From the IMG/VR virus record IMGVR_UViG_3300023179_000144, positions 1 to 52,834 of that record: a stretch of DNA of 52,834 nt; one strand, given 5' to 3'. Under the pieces are notes generated by a model. The model saw nothing but the letters and a program-made list of their open reading frames with translations, was not told where the DNA came from and ran no database searches. The DNA is from a virus (Duplodnaviria; Caudoviricetes). Shown here in pieces: positions 17,967 to 25,775 of this stretch. Position numbers and translations under genes: made by a program. Position 1 is the stretch's first letter; every line of letters starts with the position of its first letter.

Positions 17967-18246
17967 AGTTGTATGAAGCAAGCAGAAAAGTGCTGCGGAC
18001 GCCGGGGCAGTACCGGCCAGGTCCACCAAAAATACATTCGGAACACGATACTTGATTATTTTTGATGGGCCTGAACAAGTTTCGACGGGGCAAATAGTAA
18101 GTAAGTGGACAACTCGTTAGGCGAAGGACGTAATCCTAGCAAAAGCAAATAGACGCAAACGACGACTATTTTTATCAGGACCTTAAGCTAGCCGCTTAAA
18201 CCTGACGGGGTATTGGCAGTTCACCTTGTTACCCAAAGAACTGCCT
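17967..18246 (+). ncRNA. ssrA: Circularly permuted (two-piece) tmRNA; tag (A)NDDYFYQDLKLAA*
   Basis: T-arm GCCGG-GGCAGTA-CCGGC (18001-18017) and CAGGTCC-A-CCA (18018-18028) lie upstream of the 5' strand GGGCCTG (18067-18073), forming a 7-bp stem with G3:U70. TTCGAC follows. Resume context ATAGAC-GCA; tag ORF 18155-18199. Confidence 0.93.
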
Positions 18247-18281
18247 TTTTATTTTTACACACAAACACAAAGGAGAAGTAA

Positions 18282-18548
18282 ATGAGTAATATGACACCAT
18301 TCGAAATTCGTTTAGAGTTATTAAAGTTGTCGAAAGACATGCTTAGTGAGGATTATTTTGCTAAGCGTTCAGTATCAGAAAACAACTGGCAAACCGCTTG
18401 TGAAAATGCAAGACAGCGCGGCGAACCTCTACCCCTCCAACCAGATCTTCCAGCCTATCCTCATGAAGAAGATGTTATAAAAAAGGCAAATATGCTTAAT
18501 GGATTTGTTTCACAAATCCCATCGGCTGAAAAACCAATTAGGCAGTAA
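18282..18548 (+). CDS. Conserved hypothetical protein
   Basis: AAGGAG RBS; TPFEIRLELLKL...DVIKKANMLNGFVS. Confidence 0.85.
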   Translation: MSNMTPFEIRLELLKLSKDMLSEDYFAKRSVSENNWQTACENARQRGEPLPLQPDLPAYPHEEDVIKKANMLNGFVSQIPSAEKPIRQ

Positions 18549-18550
18549 AA

Positions 18551-18572
18551 AACAGGGGGTATACCCCCTGTT
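18551..18572. terminator. Perfect 22-bp palindrome / hairpin
   Basis: AACAGGGGG-TATA-CCCCCTGTT between two CDSs. Confidence 0.6.
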
Positions 18573-18581
18573 GGAGATTCT

Positions 18582-19109
18582 ATGGACAAAATAATAAAAA
18601 TATTACTAACTTGTCTTTCTGCTTTACTTGTTGGTAATTTATTTTTAGATTTTATTAATTATAAACTTGAAATTTTAAGAACTGAGCAAGCTGAAACTAA
18701 GTATACCACTATGGCTGAGCGTGAAAGACAACTTGAATGTTTAGCTAGAAATATTTACTTTGAAGCAGGAAAAGAATCGTTTGAAGGCAAGGTAGCTGTA
18801 GCACAGGTTACTATCAATAGATCAGAATCAGGAATTTTCCCTAGTGATATTTGTAAAGTAATTTATCAAAAAAATATTTTTATGGAAAGAGTAGTGTGTC
18901 AATTTAGTTGGTATTGCCAACAGGTTAACAAAAAACATATACAGCCAGAAACATACAAAGAATGTTACGCTGTTGCAAAAAAGGTTTTGTTAGAAGGATT
19001 TAGACTTGACATTTTAAATGAAGCCATGTATTATCATGCAACCTACATTAATCCAAAGTGGAGAAAAGAAAAAGTAGCAGTTATTGGAAACCATATTTTT
19101 TATAAGTAA
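18582..19109 (+). CDS. SleB-like cell wall hydrolase (Hydrolase_2) with N-terminal anchor
   Basis: CLARNIYFEA, GKVAVAQVTINR, CQFSWYC, YYHATY, IGNHIFY. Confidence 0.9.
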   Translation: MDKIIKILLTCLSALLVGNLFLDFINYKLEILRTEQAETKYTTMAERERQLECLARNIYFEAGKESFEGKVAVAQVTINRSESGIFPSDICKVIYQKNIFMERVVCQFSWYCQQVNKKHIQPETYKECYAVAKKVLLEGFRLDILNEAMYYHATYINPKWRKEKVAVIGNHIFYK

Positions 19110-19111
19110 AA

Positions 19112-19447
19112 ATGAAACAAAACGCAAAAATGAACTTTAAAATCCCTTCCCTAGATTTACAAAAAATTATTGAGTATTGTAAAACTAATCTTACCCATGC
19201 AACAGCGGAAACCATTTCCTGGGTCGGTGTAATGCTAATTCATGCAGCTACTGTCCCAACCATGATTGCATTAATGACGGGTCTATCTGATAAGACACCA
19301 CCCATTGAATTAGTTTTAATTATTTGGGGTGGACTAGCTTTGTTCTATGTTAGAGCAGCAATACTAAAGGATATGCTTAATGTAATTACAATAGGTTTTG
19401 GCTTTTTAATTCATGCTGTAATGTTAGCATTGGTAATGTTTAAATGA
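19112..19447 (+). CDS. Membrane protein with about 3 TM segments
   Basis: Three hydrophobic stretches. Confidence 0.7.
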   Translation: MKQNAKMNFKIPSLDLQKIIEYCKTNLTHATAETISWVGVMLIHAATVPTMIALMTGLSDKTPPIELVLIIWGGLALFYVRAAILKDMLNVITIGFGFLIHAVMLALVMFK

Positions 19448-19704
19448 ATGATATAAAAGATTTAACTGATGGATTAGTAATTACTAAAAGATTTAGATCA
19501 TCCAATGAATTTTCTATTCACATAGAAGAACAAGTAAGGTCACTTAATATTAGTTATATGGAAGCTATTATTACTTATTGCAATGAACAAGACATTGATG
19601 TAGAAAGAATAGCTGGATTGATTAGTTCTTCTTTAAAAGATAAAATCCAACTTGAAGCTGAAGAATTAAATATGATAAAGAGAGGTGGTAGGTTACCCTT
19701 ATGA
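19444..19704 (+). CDS. 33: Late-transcription coactivator gp33
   Basis: FSIHIEE...SYMEAIITYC...LISSSLKDKIQLEAEELN...LPL; synteny with 59 and 32. Confidence 0.9.
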   Translation: MNDIKDLTDGLVITKRFRSSNEFSIHIEEQVRSLNISYMEAIITYCNEQDIDVERIAGLISSSLKDKIQLEAEELNMIKRGGRLPL

Positions 19705-20279
19705 TTATGACAGAATTTGAAGTGTATCGGTTTTACTTGGCATTAAAATTACATTTTACAACAGACAAATATGATGTTATTAAACAAAAAGGTAGAGTAA
19801 GAGCAAAGCGTGCGGCATTTGCAAAACGCAATGATTTAATTTCTATTAAGAAAATTGCAAAGAATTATTCGGATGAAGAGGTAGTAAATTTTTTGGTTGC
19901 AAACTTTGTATCCGGCGACAGATGGGGTGGAATATTTGATACCGAAGCAAATGAAAGATATCTTTCATGGAAAAAAAGAATTGAGGGTTTAACGTATACA
20001 TTTACTGAAGATATCAATAAATTATTTTCAAATAACATCAATCCTTTTAGTTGCTCGAAAGAAGAACATTCCTATATAATAAAACAATACTTAAGAAATA
20101 ATGTTTCTATAGAAACATTAGTTGTCATAGATTCATTTAGATCATTTGTAGATGAATATGATCAAATATATAAAGAAGATATAGTTTGGCCAGATATTTC
20201 AAGAATTATTAAAAAGTATAAACCGTTTCTAAAATTTAATAAAGAAAAACTCTATGCAATCTATAGAACAAGATCTTAA
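19701..20279 (+). CDS. 59: Helicase loader gp59
   Basis: YLALKLHFTTDKYD, FLVANF, SIETLVVID, IKKYKPFL. Confidence 0.9.
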   Translation: MIMTEFEVYRFYLALKLHFTTDKYDVIKQKGRVRAKRAAFAKRNDLISIKKIAKNYSDEEVVNFLVANFVSGDRWGGIFDTEANERYLSWKKRIEGLTYTFTEDINKLFSNNINPFSCSKEEHSYIIKQYLRNNVSIETLVVIDSFRSFVDEYDQIYKEDIVWPDISRIIKKYKPFLKFNKEKLYAIYRTRS

Positions 20280-20472
20280 TTATACTGGTGCGAAAATTAA
20301 GCGCCTAGAGGAAAATATAGTAGACCTTCAAGATGCGGTTTCTCATTATGCTGATCAACTTAAAGAAACACAAAAATTTTTAATTAAACTTGCACACAAC
20401 CAAGCTGAACTCACTAAAAGAATTAGTGCCTGGCCGTATATCGTAGTGGCTGACGACAGTGAAGAAGCATAA
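20254..20472 (+). CDS. Coiled-coil hypothetical protein
   Basis: 72-aa ORF between 59 and 32. Confidence 0.7.
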   Translation: MQSIEQDLNYTGAKIKRLEENIVDLQDAVSHYADQLKETQKFLIKLAHNQAELTKRISAWPYIVVADDSEEA

Positions 20473-20493
20473 CAGGAGATTTATTGCATTACT

Positions 20494-20682
20494 ATGAGTG
20501 ACACAAAACAATATGAAAATTACGACCGCGAAAAAAAATTGCATCGTGTGGAAAAACAAAAAAGTAAGGTTGCAAAGCATCGCAAATACATATATAATAT
20601 GTTGACTAAGGATAACTTAGATGACGAATTTGATCAGCTGTATGATGATGAATATTTTAATACAAAAATTAAGCGCCGTTAA
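20494..20682 (+). CDS. Hypothetical protein
   Basis: 62-aa charged ORF. Confidence 0.65.
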   Translation: MSDTKQYENYDREKKLHRVEKQKSKVAKHRKYIYNMLTKDNLDDEFDQLYDDEYFNTKIKRR

Positions 20683-20707
20683 TATATCGTAAATAAGGAG
20701 AAGTAAC

Positions 20708-21628
20708 ATGGCTAATGGATCCCTATCGGAACTTCGTAAATCACGTGGTGGTTTCGATAAGATGATGAAAGAAGTTGAAAAGATTTCTGCCCCTGCAGAA
20801 GGTAGTGGTAAAGACGATCGTTTCTGGCAGCCAGAAGTAGATAAAGCTGGAAATGGTTACGCTGTAATTCGATTCCTATCGCCACCTAAAGGCGAAGAAC
20901 TTCCTTGGGTTCGCATTTGGAATCACGGTTTTCAAGGTCCTACTGGAAAGTGGTATATTGAAAACTCTCTCACAACGATTGGTAAACAAGACCCAATCTC
21001 AGAATTGAATACCAAATTGTGGAACTCTGGCAACGAGAAGGACAAAGAGACAGTTCGCAAACAAAAACGCAAACTCACCTACATCTCAAACGTTTTAGTT
21101 GTTAAGGATCCTGCACATCCTGAGAATGAAGGAAAGGTGTTTCTCTTTAAGTATGGCAAGAAGATCTTTGATAAGATTAAAGACCTTGCTGAACCTCAGT
21201 TTGAGGATGAGAAGCCTGTAAATCCTTTTGACTTTTGGGAAGGTGCTAACTTCAAGATTAAGATTCGTAATGTAGAGGGTTATCGCAATTACGATAAATC
21301 AGAATTCGAATCCCCTTCAGCTATTTCAGACAATGATGATGGAATTATGGCTATTTGGAATAAGCAATACTCTCTTACAGAGTTCTTACATCCAAGAAAC
21401 TTTAAATCTTATGAAGAGCTCAAGGCAAAACTAGATTCTGTGTTGAACGCAACATCTGCCCCGGCAATGCGCAGGATCGAAGAGGATGATGTTGCAGAAG
21501 CTCCTGCTCCTAAAGCAGTTGCTCGTCAAGCAGCTCAACCAGAAAAGCCTGCACCAAAGAAAGAAGTAGATTTTGATGACGATGAAGAATCTCTCTCATA
21601 TTTTGCAAAACTTGCAAACGAAGAGTAA
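20708..21628 (+). CDS. 32: Single-stranded DNA-binding protein gp32
   Basis: DDRFWQPEVDKAGNGYAVIRFL, WYIENSLTT, NPFDFWEGANFK, acidic tail SYFAKLANEE. Confidence 0.97.
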   Translation: MANGSLSELRKSRGGFDKMMKEVEKISAPAEGSGKDDRFWQPEVDKAGNGYAVIRFLSPPKGEELPWVRIWNHGFQGPTGKWYIENSLTTIGKQDPISELNTKLWNSGNEKDKETVRKQKRKLTYISNVLVVKDPAHPENEGKVFLFKYGKKIFDKIKDLAEPQFEDEKPVNPFDFWEGANFKIKIRNVEGYRNYDKSEFESPSAISDNDDGIMAIWNKQYSLTEFLHPRNFKSYEELKAKLDSVLNATSAPAMRRIEEDDVAEAPAPKAVARQAAQPEKPAPKKEVDFDDDEESLSYFAKLANEE

Positions 21629-21734
21629 CACTAAAATTAGTCTTAGCCCAAAACAACCCTTACACCATTATGTGTAACATTGGTTGATGTAGAGGATGAC
21701 GAAGTTTAGGTTTTTAACTTAAAAAGGAACTAGT

Positions 21735-22001
21735 ATGAAAACATTGATCGCTTTAATTGCAGCATTTGGTCTTTCAACCGCTTTTGCTGCTGATGCTAAG
21801 AAAGAAGAGGCTAAAAAGGCTGAACCCGCAAAAGCTGAAGTAAAAAAGGATGAAACACCTAAGCCTAAGGTCAAACCGGTTGGCAAAGATGGCAAGCCAG
21901 TAGATGACAAGGCTGCTGCAGCACCAGCTGCTCCTGCAGCACCAGCTGCTCCTGCAGCACCAGCTGCTCCTGCAGCTAAAGCAGAACCTGCTAAGAAGTA
22001 A
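21735..22001 (+). CDS. Small secreted Ala/Lys/Pro-rich protein
   Basis: AAGGA RBS; signal peptide MKTLIALIAAFGLSTAFA; (AAP)n tail. Confidence 0.8.
   Translation: MKTLIALIAAFGLSTAFAADAKKEEAKKAEPAKAEVKKDETPKPKVKPVGKDGKPVDDKAAAAPAAPAAPAAPAAPAAPAAKAEPAKK
21918..21971 (+). repeat. 3 x 18-bp tandem repeat encoding AAPAAP
   Basis: GCAGCACCAGCTGCTCCT repeated three times exactly. Confidence 0.95.
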
Positions 22002-22005
22002 ATAA

Positions 22006-22036
22006 AAAAGGAGAGAGCTAAAAACTCTCTCCTTTT
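22006..22036. terminator. Bidirectional intrinsic terminator
   Basis: AAAAGGAGAGAG-CTAAAAA-CTCTCTCCTTTT near the convergence of the + and - gene blocks. Confidence 0.8.
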
Positions 22037-22041
22037 ACACT

Positions 22042-22236
22042 ATGAAATTAGAACTTAATGACCTTGTTGCAGTATTGGCAATTTTTGATCTGGCGGCATC
22101 CAGAGGCGCCTTCAAGGCAAATGAACTAGCTGAGATTGGTGCAGTATTTAATAAAGTACAAACTTTAGCTCAATTGGTGCAAAGAAATGCCGAAATTCAA
22201 TCTACACCACCAGACGAAGAACTTATGCCAGAGTAG
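22042..22236 (+). CDS. Small hypothetical protein
   Basis: LNDL...IFDLAASRGAFKANEL...GAVFNKV motif recalled from phage proteins. Confidence 0.65.
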   Translation: MKLELNDLVAVLAIFDLAASRGAFKANELAEIGAVFNKVQTLAQLVQRNAEIQSTPPDEELMPE

Positions 22237-24556
22237 GAAATGCATTTTTAAACATTACATTTTCTATAGTGGAATTTACATTTCTTGTTCCAGATATAGA
22301 AGGTAATGTCTTAGTTGATCCACCTTGAGGTTGTGGCACAGCATTGTTTACATTATTAACAACGATTGGTGGCATTGCTTTATTAGATGCTGTTTCTTGT
22401 TGTTGCAATGTCTCAATCTCTTTTGCAGAAGTTGACATTGGAGATGGAACTTGACTAACTGATGATTGACTTACATTTACAACTGATGGATTACTACTTA
22501 CCATATTACTACTTACCATATTACTACTTACCATATTATTACTACTTACCATATTATTACTAGATGATTGAGAATTGGTAACATTATTACTAGATTGTGA
22601 AGGTGTTATATTAGTGTTATCACCATTTTTAATAGTAATAGATCCAGCACCAGCAGCCTCTATCTGATCCTTAAACTTTTTAACAGCCTCAACTTTAGCT
22701 TTCTGTTGTGATAATTCTTTAATACTTTGTACTCTTTGGGTAGGTGAATTTTCTGTAATTTTATATTTCTTAGAATCTTCTTTATAAATCTCTTCAGTTC
22801 TTTGGTTTCTAAATTCAACAAACTTCTTATAATTTTCTGGATCTTTTTCAGCAAAAGCTTTTTCACTAAAGTTGATATCAACCTTTTCTGACATTCCTGT
22901 TTTTTGAATTTGAGTCGATGATTCCGAATTGTTAACTATATCTTTACTTTTTTCAGTAAGATATTCTGTCTCCTTCTTAACTCGATCTGCTCTTGCTTGT
23001 CTTGCCATGTTACCTAAGAATAAAAAGTCTCCAACCTTCTCAACGCCCCTTGCGATTCCAGATTGAATCTTTTGGCCAGTAGTCATCTTTTGCCAATTGG
23101 CTTCATCTTGTGATTCATTAATTTTTATATCATTACCCTGCTCATCTTTGCCGACACCCAGCTTACCTAATCCATAATCTACAGCTGCACCTCCAGCTAC
23201 AGCAACTGCTCCAGCTGCTAATGTAGGGGCTGCAGCAAGTGCCATTCTTCCTGCAGCAGAGGCACCTTTCTTGATTGCACCAGTAGCTGCAGCTCCAGCT
23301 GCGCCTCCAAGTAATCCTTCGATTAATGAACCACCACCTCCACCCGTTTCTCTTAATTCATCGAGTTTATCTAATAGCTTAATAGTATTCTTATCCATAG
23401 CCTTAATGATTGGAGCTACATCAAAGGTCTGTTTTTGCTCTGCATTTGATACATTAAGCTGTGATGGTGTGGCAACAAGAGGAATAAACTTGGGCCTTTT
23501 AGGTTCATTAGAAGGTTTTGTCTTTTCCTCTTTTTCTTTTTTTGCTAATCTACCTGGCACCAAAAAATTAAGAATATTTTCCTTTACTCTTTTATAATCA
23601 TCTTTAAGATCTTTTTCAATATTATCTACAAAACTTATTTTTTTTATTATTTGTTTTTCATTAAGATTTGTATCTGTGTTTACATTTTTAATATTGTTAT
23701 AATCTTTAAGATCAAATATATTTTCGTTGGTATTTAATTGATTTACCTTATCAAAATTACTTAAATTACTACTAGTATTGTTACTGGTACTATTGTTTTT
23801 ATTGTTAGTATTGTTGGTATTGTTGGTATTGTTAGTATTGTTAGTATTGTTACTGGTACTATTGTTTTTATTGTTAGTATTGTTGGTATTGTTAGTATTG
23901 TTACTGGTACTATTGTTTTTATTGTTTTTATTGTTTGTATTGTTACTGGTACTATTGTTTTTATTGTTAGTATTGTTACTGGTACTATTGTTTTTATTGT
24001 TAGTATTGTTGGTATTGTTAGTATTGTTGGTATTGTTAGTATTGTTAGTATTGTTAGTATTGTTAGTATTGTTAGTATTGTTAGTATTGTTACTGGTACT
24101 ATTGTTTATATTGTTTGTATTGTTACTGGTACTATTTTTTGTATTGTTAGCATTAATATTGGAATTACTACTAGTAATAATATCAATAGTACTAGTGTTG
24201 TTGTTATTAATAGAGCTTTTTAATTGAGTTATTTTTTCGAGTAAATTATTTTTTTTAATATTATTGTTTAGTTTATCTATATTTTCGCTGAATAAACCAA
24301 AACCTTTTTCTAAAACCTTTACTAGCTTATCTAAAGAATCGGATGATAGTTTAGTATATTCAGTTAATTTTACTAACCTATCATTATCTTCCTTAGCATT
24401 TGTTTTTTGTTTTGATTTGTCGTTATAGTATGCACTATTTAAATTACTAGGTTTTACTTTTGCTATTAATCCCAATAGTCTATTAGCAACATCAGCCTTT
24501 CGACTTTGCTTTTCATTAACAGCAATAACTCTTTCTAGTAATTTGTTTGCTAACAT
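22223..24556 (-). CDS. Tape-measure / baseplate-hub-like protein with Asn-rich repeats
   Basis: 777 aa; Gly/Ala-rich hydrophobic centre, C-terminal PPIVVNNVNN; downstream of gp26/gp51-like genes. Confidence 0.6.
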   Translation of the reverse strand: MLANKLLERVIAVNEKQSRKADVANRLLGLIAKVKPSNLNSAYYNDKSKQKTNAKEDNDRLVKLTEYTKLSSDSLDKLVKVLEKGFGLFSENIDKLNNNIKKNNLLEKITQLKSSINNNNTSTIDIITSSNSNINANNTKNSTSNNTNNINNSTSNNTNNTNNTNNTNNTNNTNNTNNTNNTNNTNNKNNSTSNNTNNKNNSTSNNTNNKNNKNNSTSNNTNNTNNTNNKNNSTSNNTNNTNNTNNTNNTNNKNNSTSNNTSSNLSNFDKVNQLNTNENIFDLKDYNNIKNVNTDTNLNEKQIIKKISFVDNIEKDLKDDYKRVKENILNFLVPGRLAKKEKEEKTKPSNEPKRPKFIPLVATPSQLNVSNAEQKQTFDVAPIIKAMDKNTIKLLDKLDELRETGGGGGSLIEGLLGGAAGAAATGAIKKGASAAGRMALAAAPTLAAGAVAVAGGAAVDYGLGKLGVGKDEQGNDIKINESQDEANWQKMTTGQKIQSGIARGVEKVGDFLFLGNMARQARADRVKKETEYLTEKSKDIVNNSESSTQIQKTGMSEKVDINFSEKAFAEKDPENYKKFVEFRNQRTEEIYKEDSKKYKITENSPTQRVQSIKELSQQKAKVEAVKKFKDQIEAAGAGSITIKNGDNTNITPSQSSNNVTNSQSSSNNMVSSNNMVSSNMVSSNMVSSNPSVVNVSQSSVSQVPSPMSTSAKEIETLQQQETASNKAMPPIVVNNVNNAVPQPQGGSTKTLPSISGTRNVNSTIENVMFKNAFPTLA
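22490..22563 (-). repeat. Tandem repeats encoding (N)NMVSS
   Basis: Four copies of ATTACTACTTACCAT on the + strand at 15-18 nt spacing. Confidence 0.85.
23775..24140 (-). repeat. Minisatellite of 9-bp units encoding NNT/NNK with interspersed NNSTS
   Basis: Runs of TATTGTTAG/TATTGTTGG with recurring TTACTGGTACTATTG blocks. Confidence 0.95.
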
Positions 24557-24862
24557 TTAGATCGGTCTTCTAATAGTTGGTTTGTTAATCTCTGGCATAC
24601 TTTGTAAACTTTGAATTCCTGCAATCTTTTCTTTACCTCTTGACCAAGCGGTAACACCGAGAATTGCACCCATCGATAAGTGATATAATCCTGCGCCCTG
24701 TAGTGTGATAGGGTTCCATTGTGTAGGTTGACCAATAGTTAAAGACTGTAAGATTGCCCATAACACTGGAAATATCACAAAATCCATTGTGCACGTAACC
24801 ATATAGATCCAACCCATCATTGGACGCCACTTTTTATCCATCCAATTTTCTTGATTTTCCAT
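24557..24862 (-). CDS. Holin-like membrane protein (GTA 3TM holin-like)
   Basis: KKWRPMMGWIY...YHLSMGAILGVTAWSRGKEK. Confidence 0.65.
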   Translation of the reverse strand: MENQENWMDKKWRPMMGWIYMVTCTMDFVIFPVLWAILQSLTIGQPTQWNPITLQGAGLYHLSMGAILGVTAWSRGKEKIAGIQSLQSMPEINKPTIRRPI

Positions 24863-25005
24863 TACATAGCCTCTCTTTGTTTTCTCAAAATTGCCTCACG
24901 TTCTGTTCTCTCTTTTAAGTCATTTACTAATAAAGCAATGTATACATCTCTTTCCCATGGTAACATATTCTCTAGTTCGGTTAGTGAATATTTGTAATGA
25001 TGCAT
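24862..25005 (-). CDS. 51: gp51-like baseplate hub assembly peptide; frame stays open upstream past 25062
   Basis: Manual translation: LSHEGLENYFQTNFTL-MHHYKYSLTELENMLPWERDVYIALL...EAM*; missed by the ORF track. Confidence 0.8.
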   Translation of the reverse strand: MHHYKYSLTELENMLPWERDVYIALLVNDLKERTEREAILRKQREAM

Positions 25006-25055
25006 TAATGTAAAATTAGTTTGAAAATAATTCTCTAAGCCTTCATGGGAAAGGC

Positions 25056-25763
25056 TTAAACGAAAAAATTTTGAAGGCCCTCTAATGTAACTTTATTGTG
25101 TGTACCACATTTATTACAATCCCCTTCAATAGTTTGCATTATTTTAGGCATGGTTTTATAGAATTGCTCTAACTGTAAAAATTGTTCTTTTGATAAAGAC
25201 AATAAAAATTCTTCTATTTCCTCTATTGTATATTCTTTTGCATTATATACTTCATCGTCTTTTGTAATTGTTTTTAAATTATTGCTTATTACTTCAAATA
25301 TTTTATCTACATCATCTTGATATTCATAGATTATTAACATTTCTTTAAATGTAGGGTATTCTAATTCAACAATAATATTTCCAAATCTAATTTTCTTTGT
25401 ATGAATTTCATTTTTTACTACTTTTATTTCATTGAGATTGGCTTGCACTGGAATTTCGTTTCCACACTCGCACGTAATGGATAAATTTAGAATTTCACCT
25501 ATTGATCTCGATCTAAGATTTAAAAAAATGTACTCAATATCAAAATGAGGTAGCTTATCAACCTTTAACTTACCAAATGTACAATTATCTATTAATTCTC
25601 TTATTACCCTTGCAATTTCTTCAATATTACTATCCTTGAGCATCATTAATATCTTGTGCTCTTTTACTAAAAAAGGTCTATATTTTATCTTTTTATTTGT
25701 TGAAGGTAATATTATTTCATAAGTAGGTACTTCCATTTTTGGTAACGGCATTTGTATTGTCAT
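25056..25763 (-). CDS. 26: Baseplate hub subunit/chaperone, gp26 family
   Basis: PTYEIILPS...KYRPFLVKEHKIL, FDIEYIFLNLRSRSIGE, CNKCG...LEGLQNFF. Confidence 0.9.
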   Translation of the reverse strand: MTIQMPLPKMEVPTYEIILPSTNKKIKYRPFLVKEHKILMMLKDSNIEEIARVIRELIDNCTFGKLKVDKLPHFDIEYIFLNLRSRSIGEILNLSITCECGNEIPVQANLNEIKVVKNEIHTKKIRFGNIIVELEYPTFKEMLIIYEYQDDVDKIFEVISNNLKTITKDDEVYNAKEYTIEEIEEFLLSLSKEQFLQLEQFYKTMPKIMQTIEGDCNKCGTHNKVTLEGLQNFFV

Positions 25764-25775
25764 AATTTACCTTTA

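Noticed and set aside
17995-18075. Ordinary tRNA gene
   Set aside because: No anticodon arm, halves in permuted order, and a tag ORF follows; tmRNA explains it.
17890-18093. 67-aa - strand ORF
   Set aside because: Overlaps the tmRNA and the halogenase-like gene end; no coding support.
23775-24140. Repeat array as a possible CRISPR array or origin
   Set aside because: Short tandem 9-bp units with no unique spacers, in frame within a CDS.
23778-24227. 149-aa Leu/Val-rich + strand ORF resembling a membrane protein
   Set aside because: It is the antisense shadow of the Asn/Thr minisatellite in the - strand gene.
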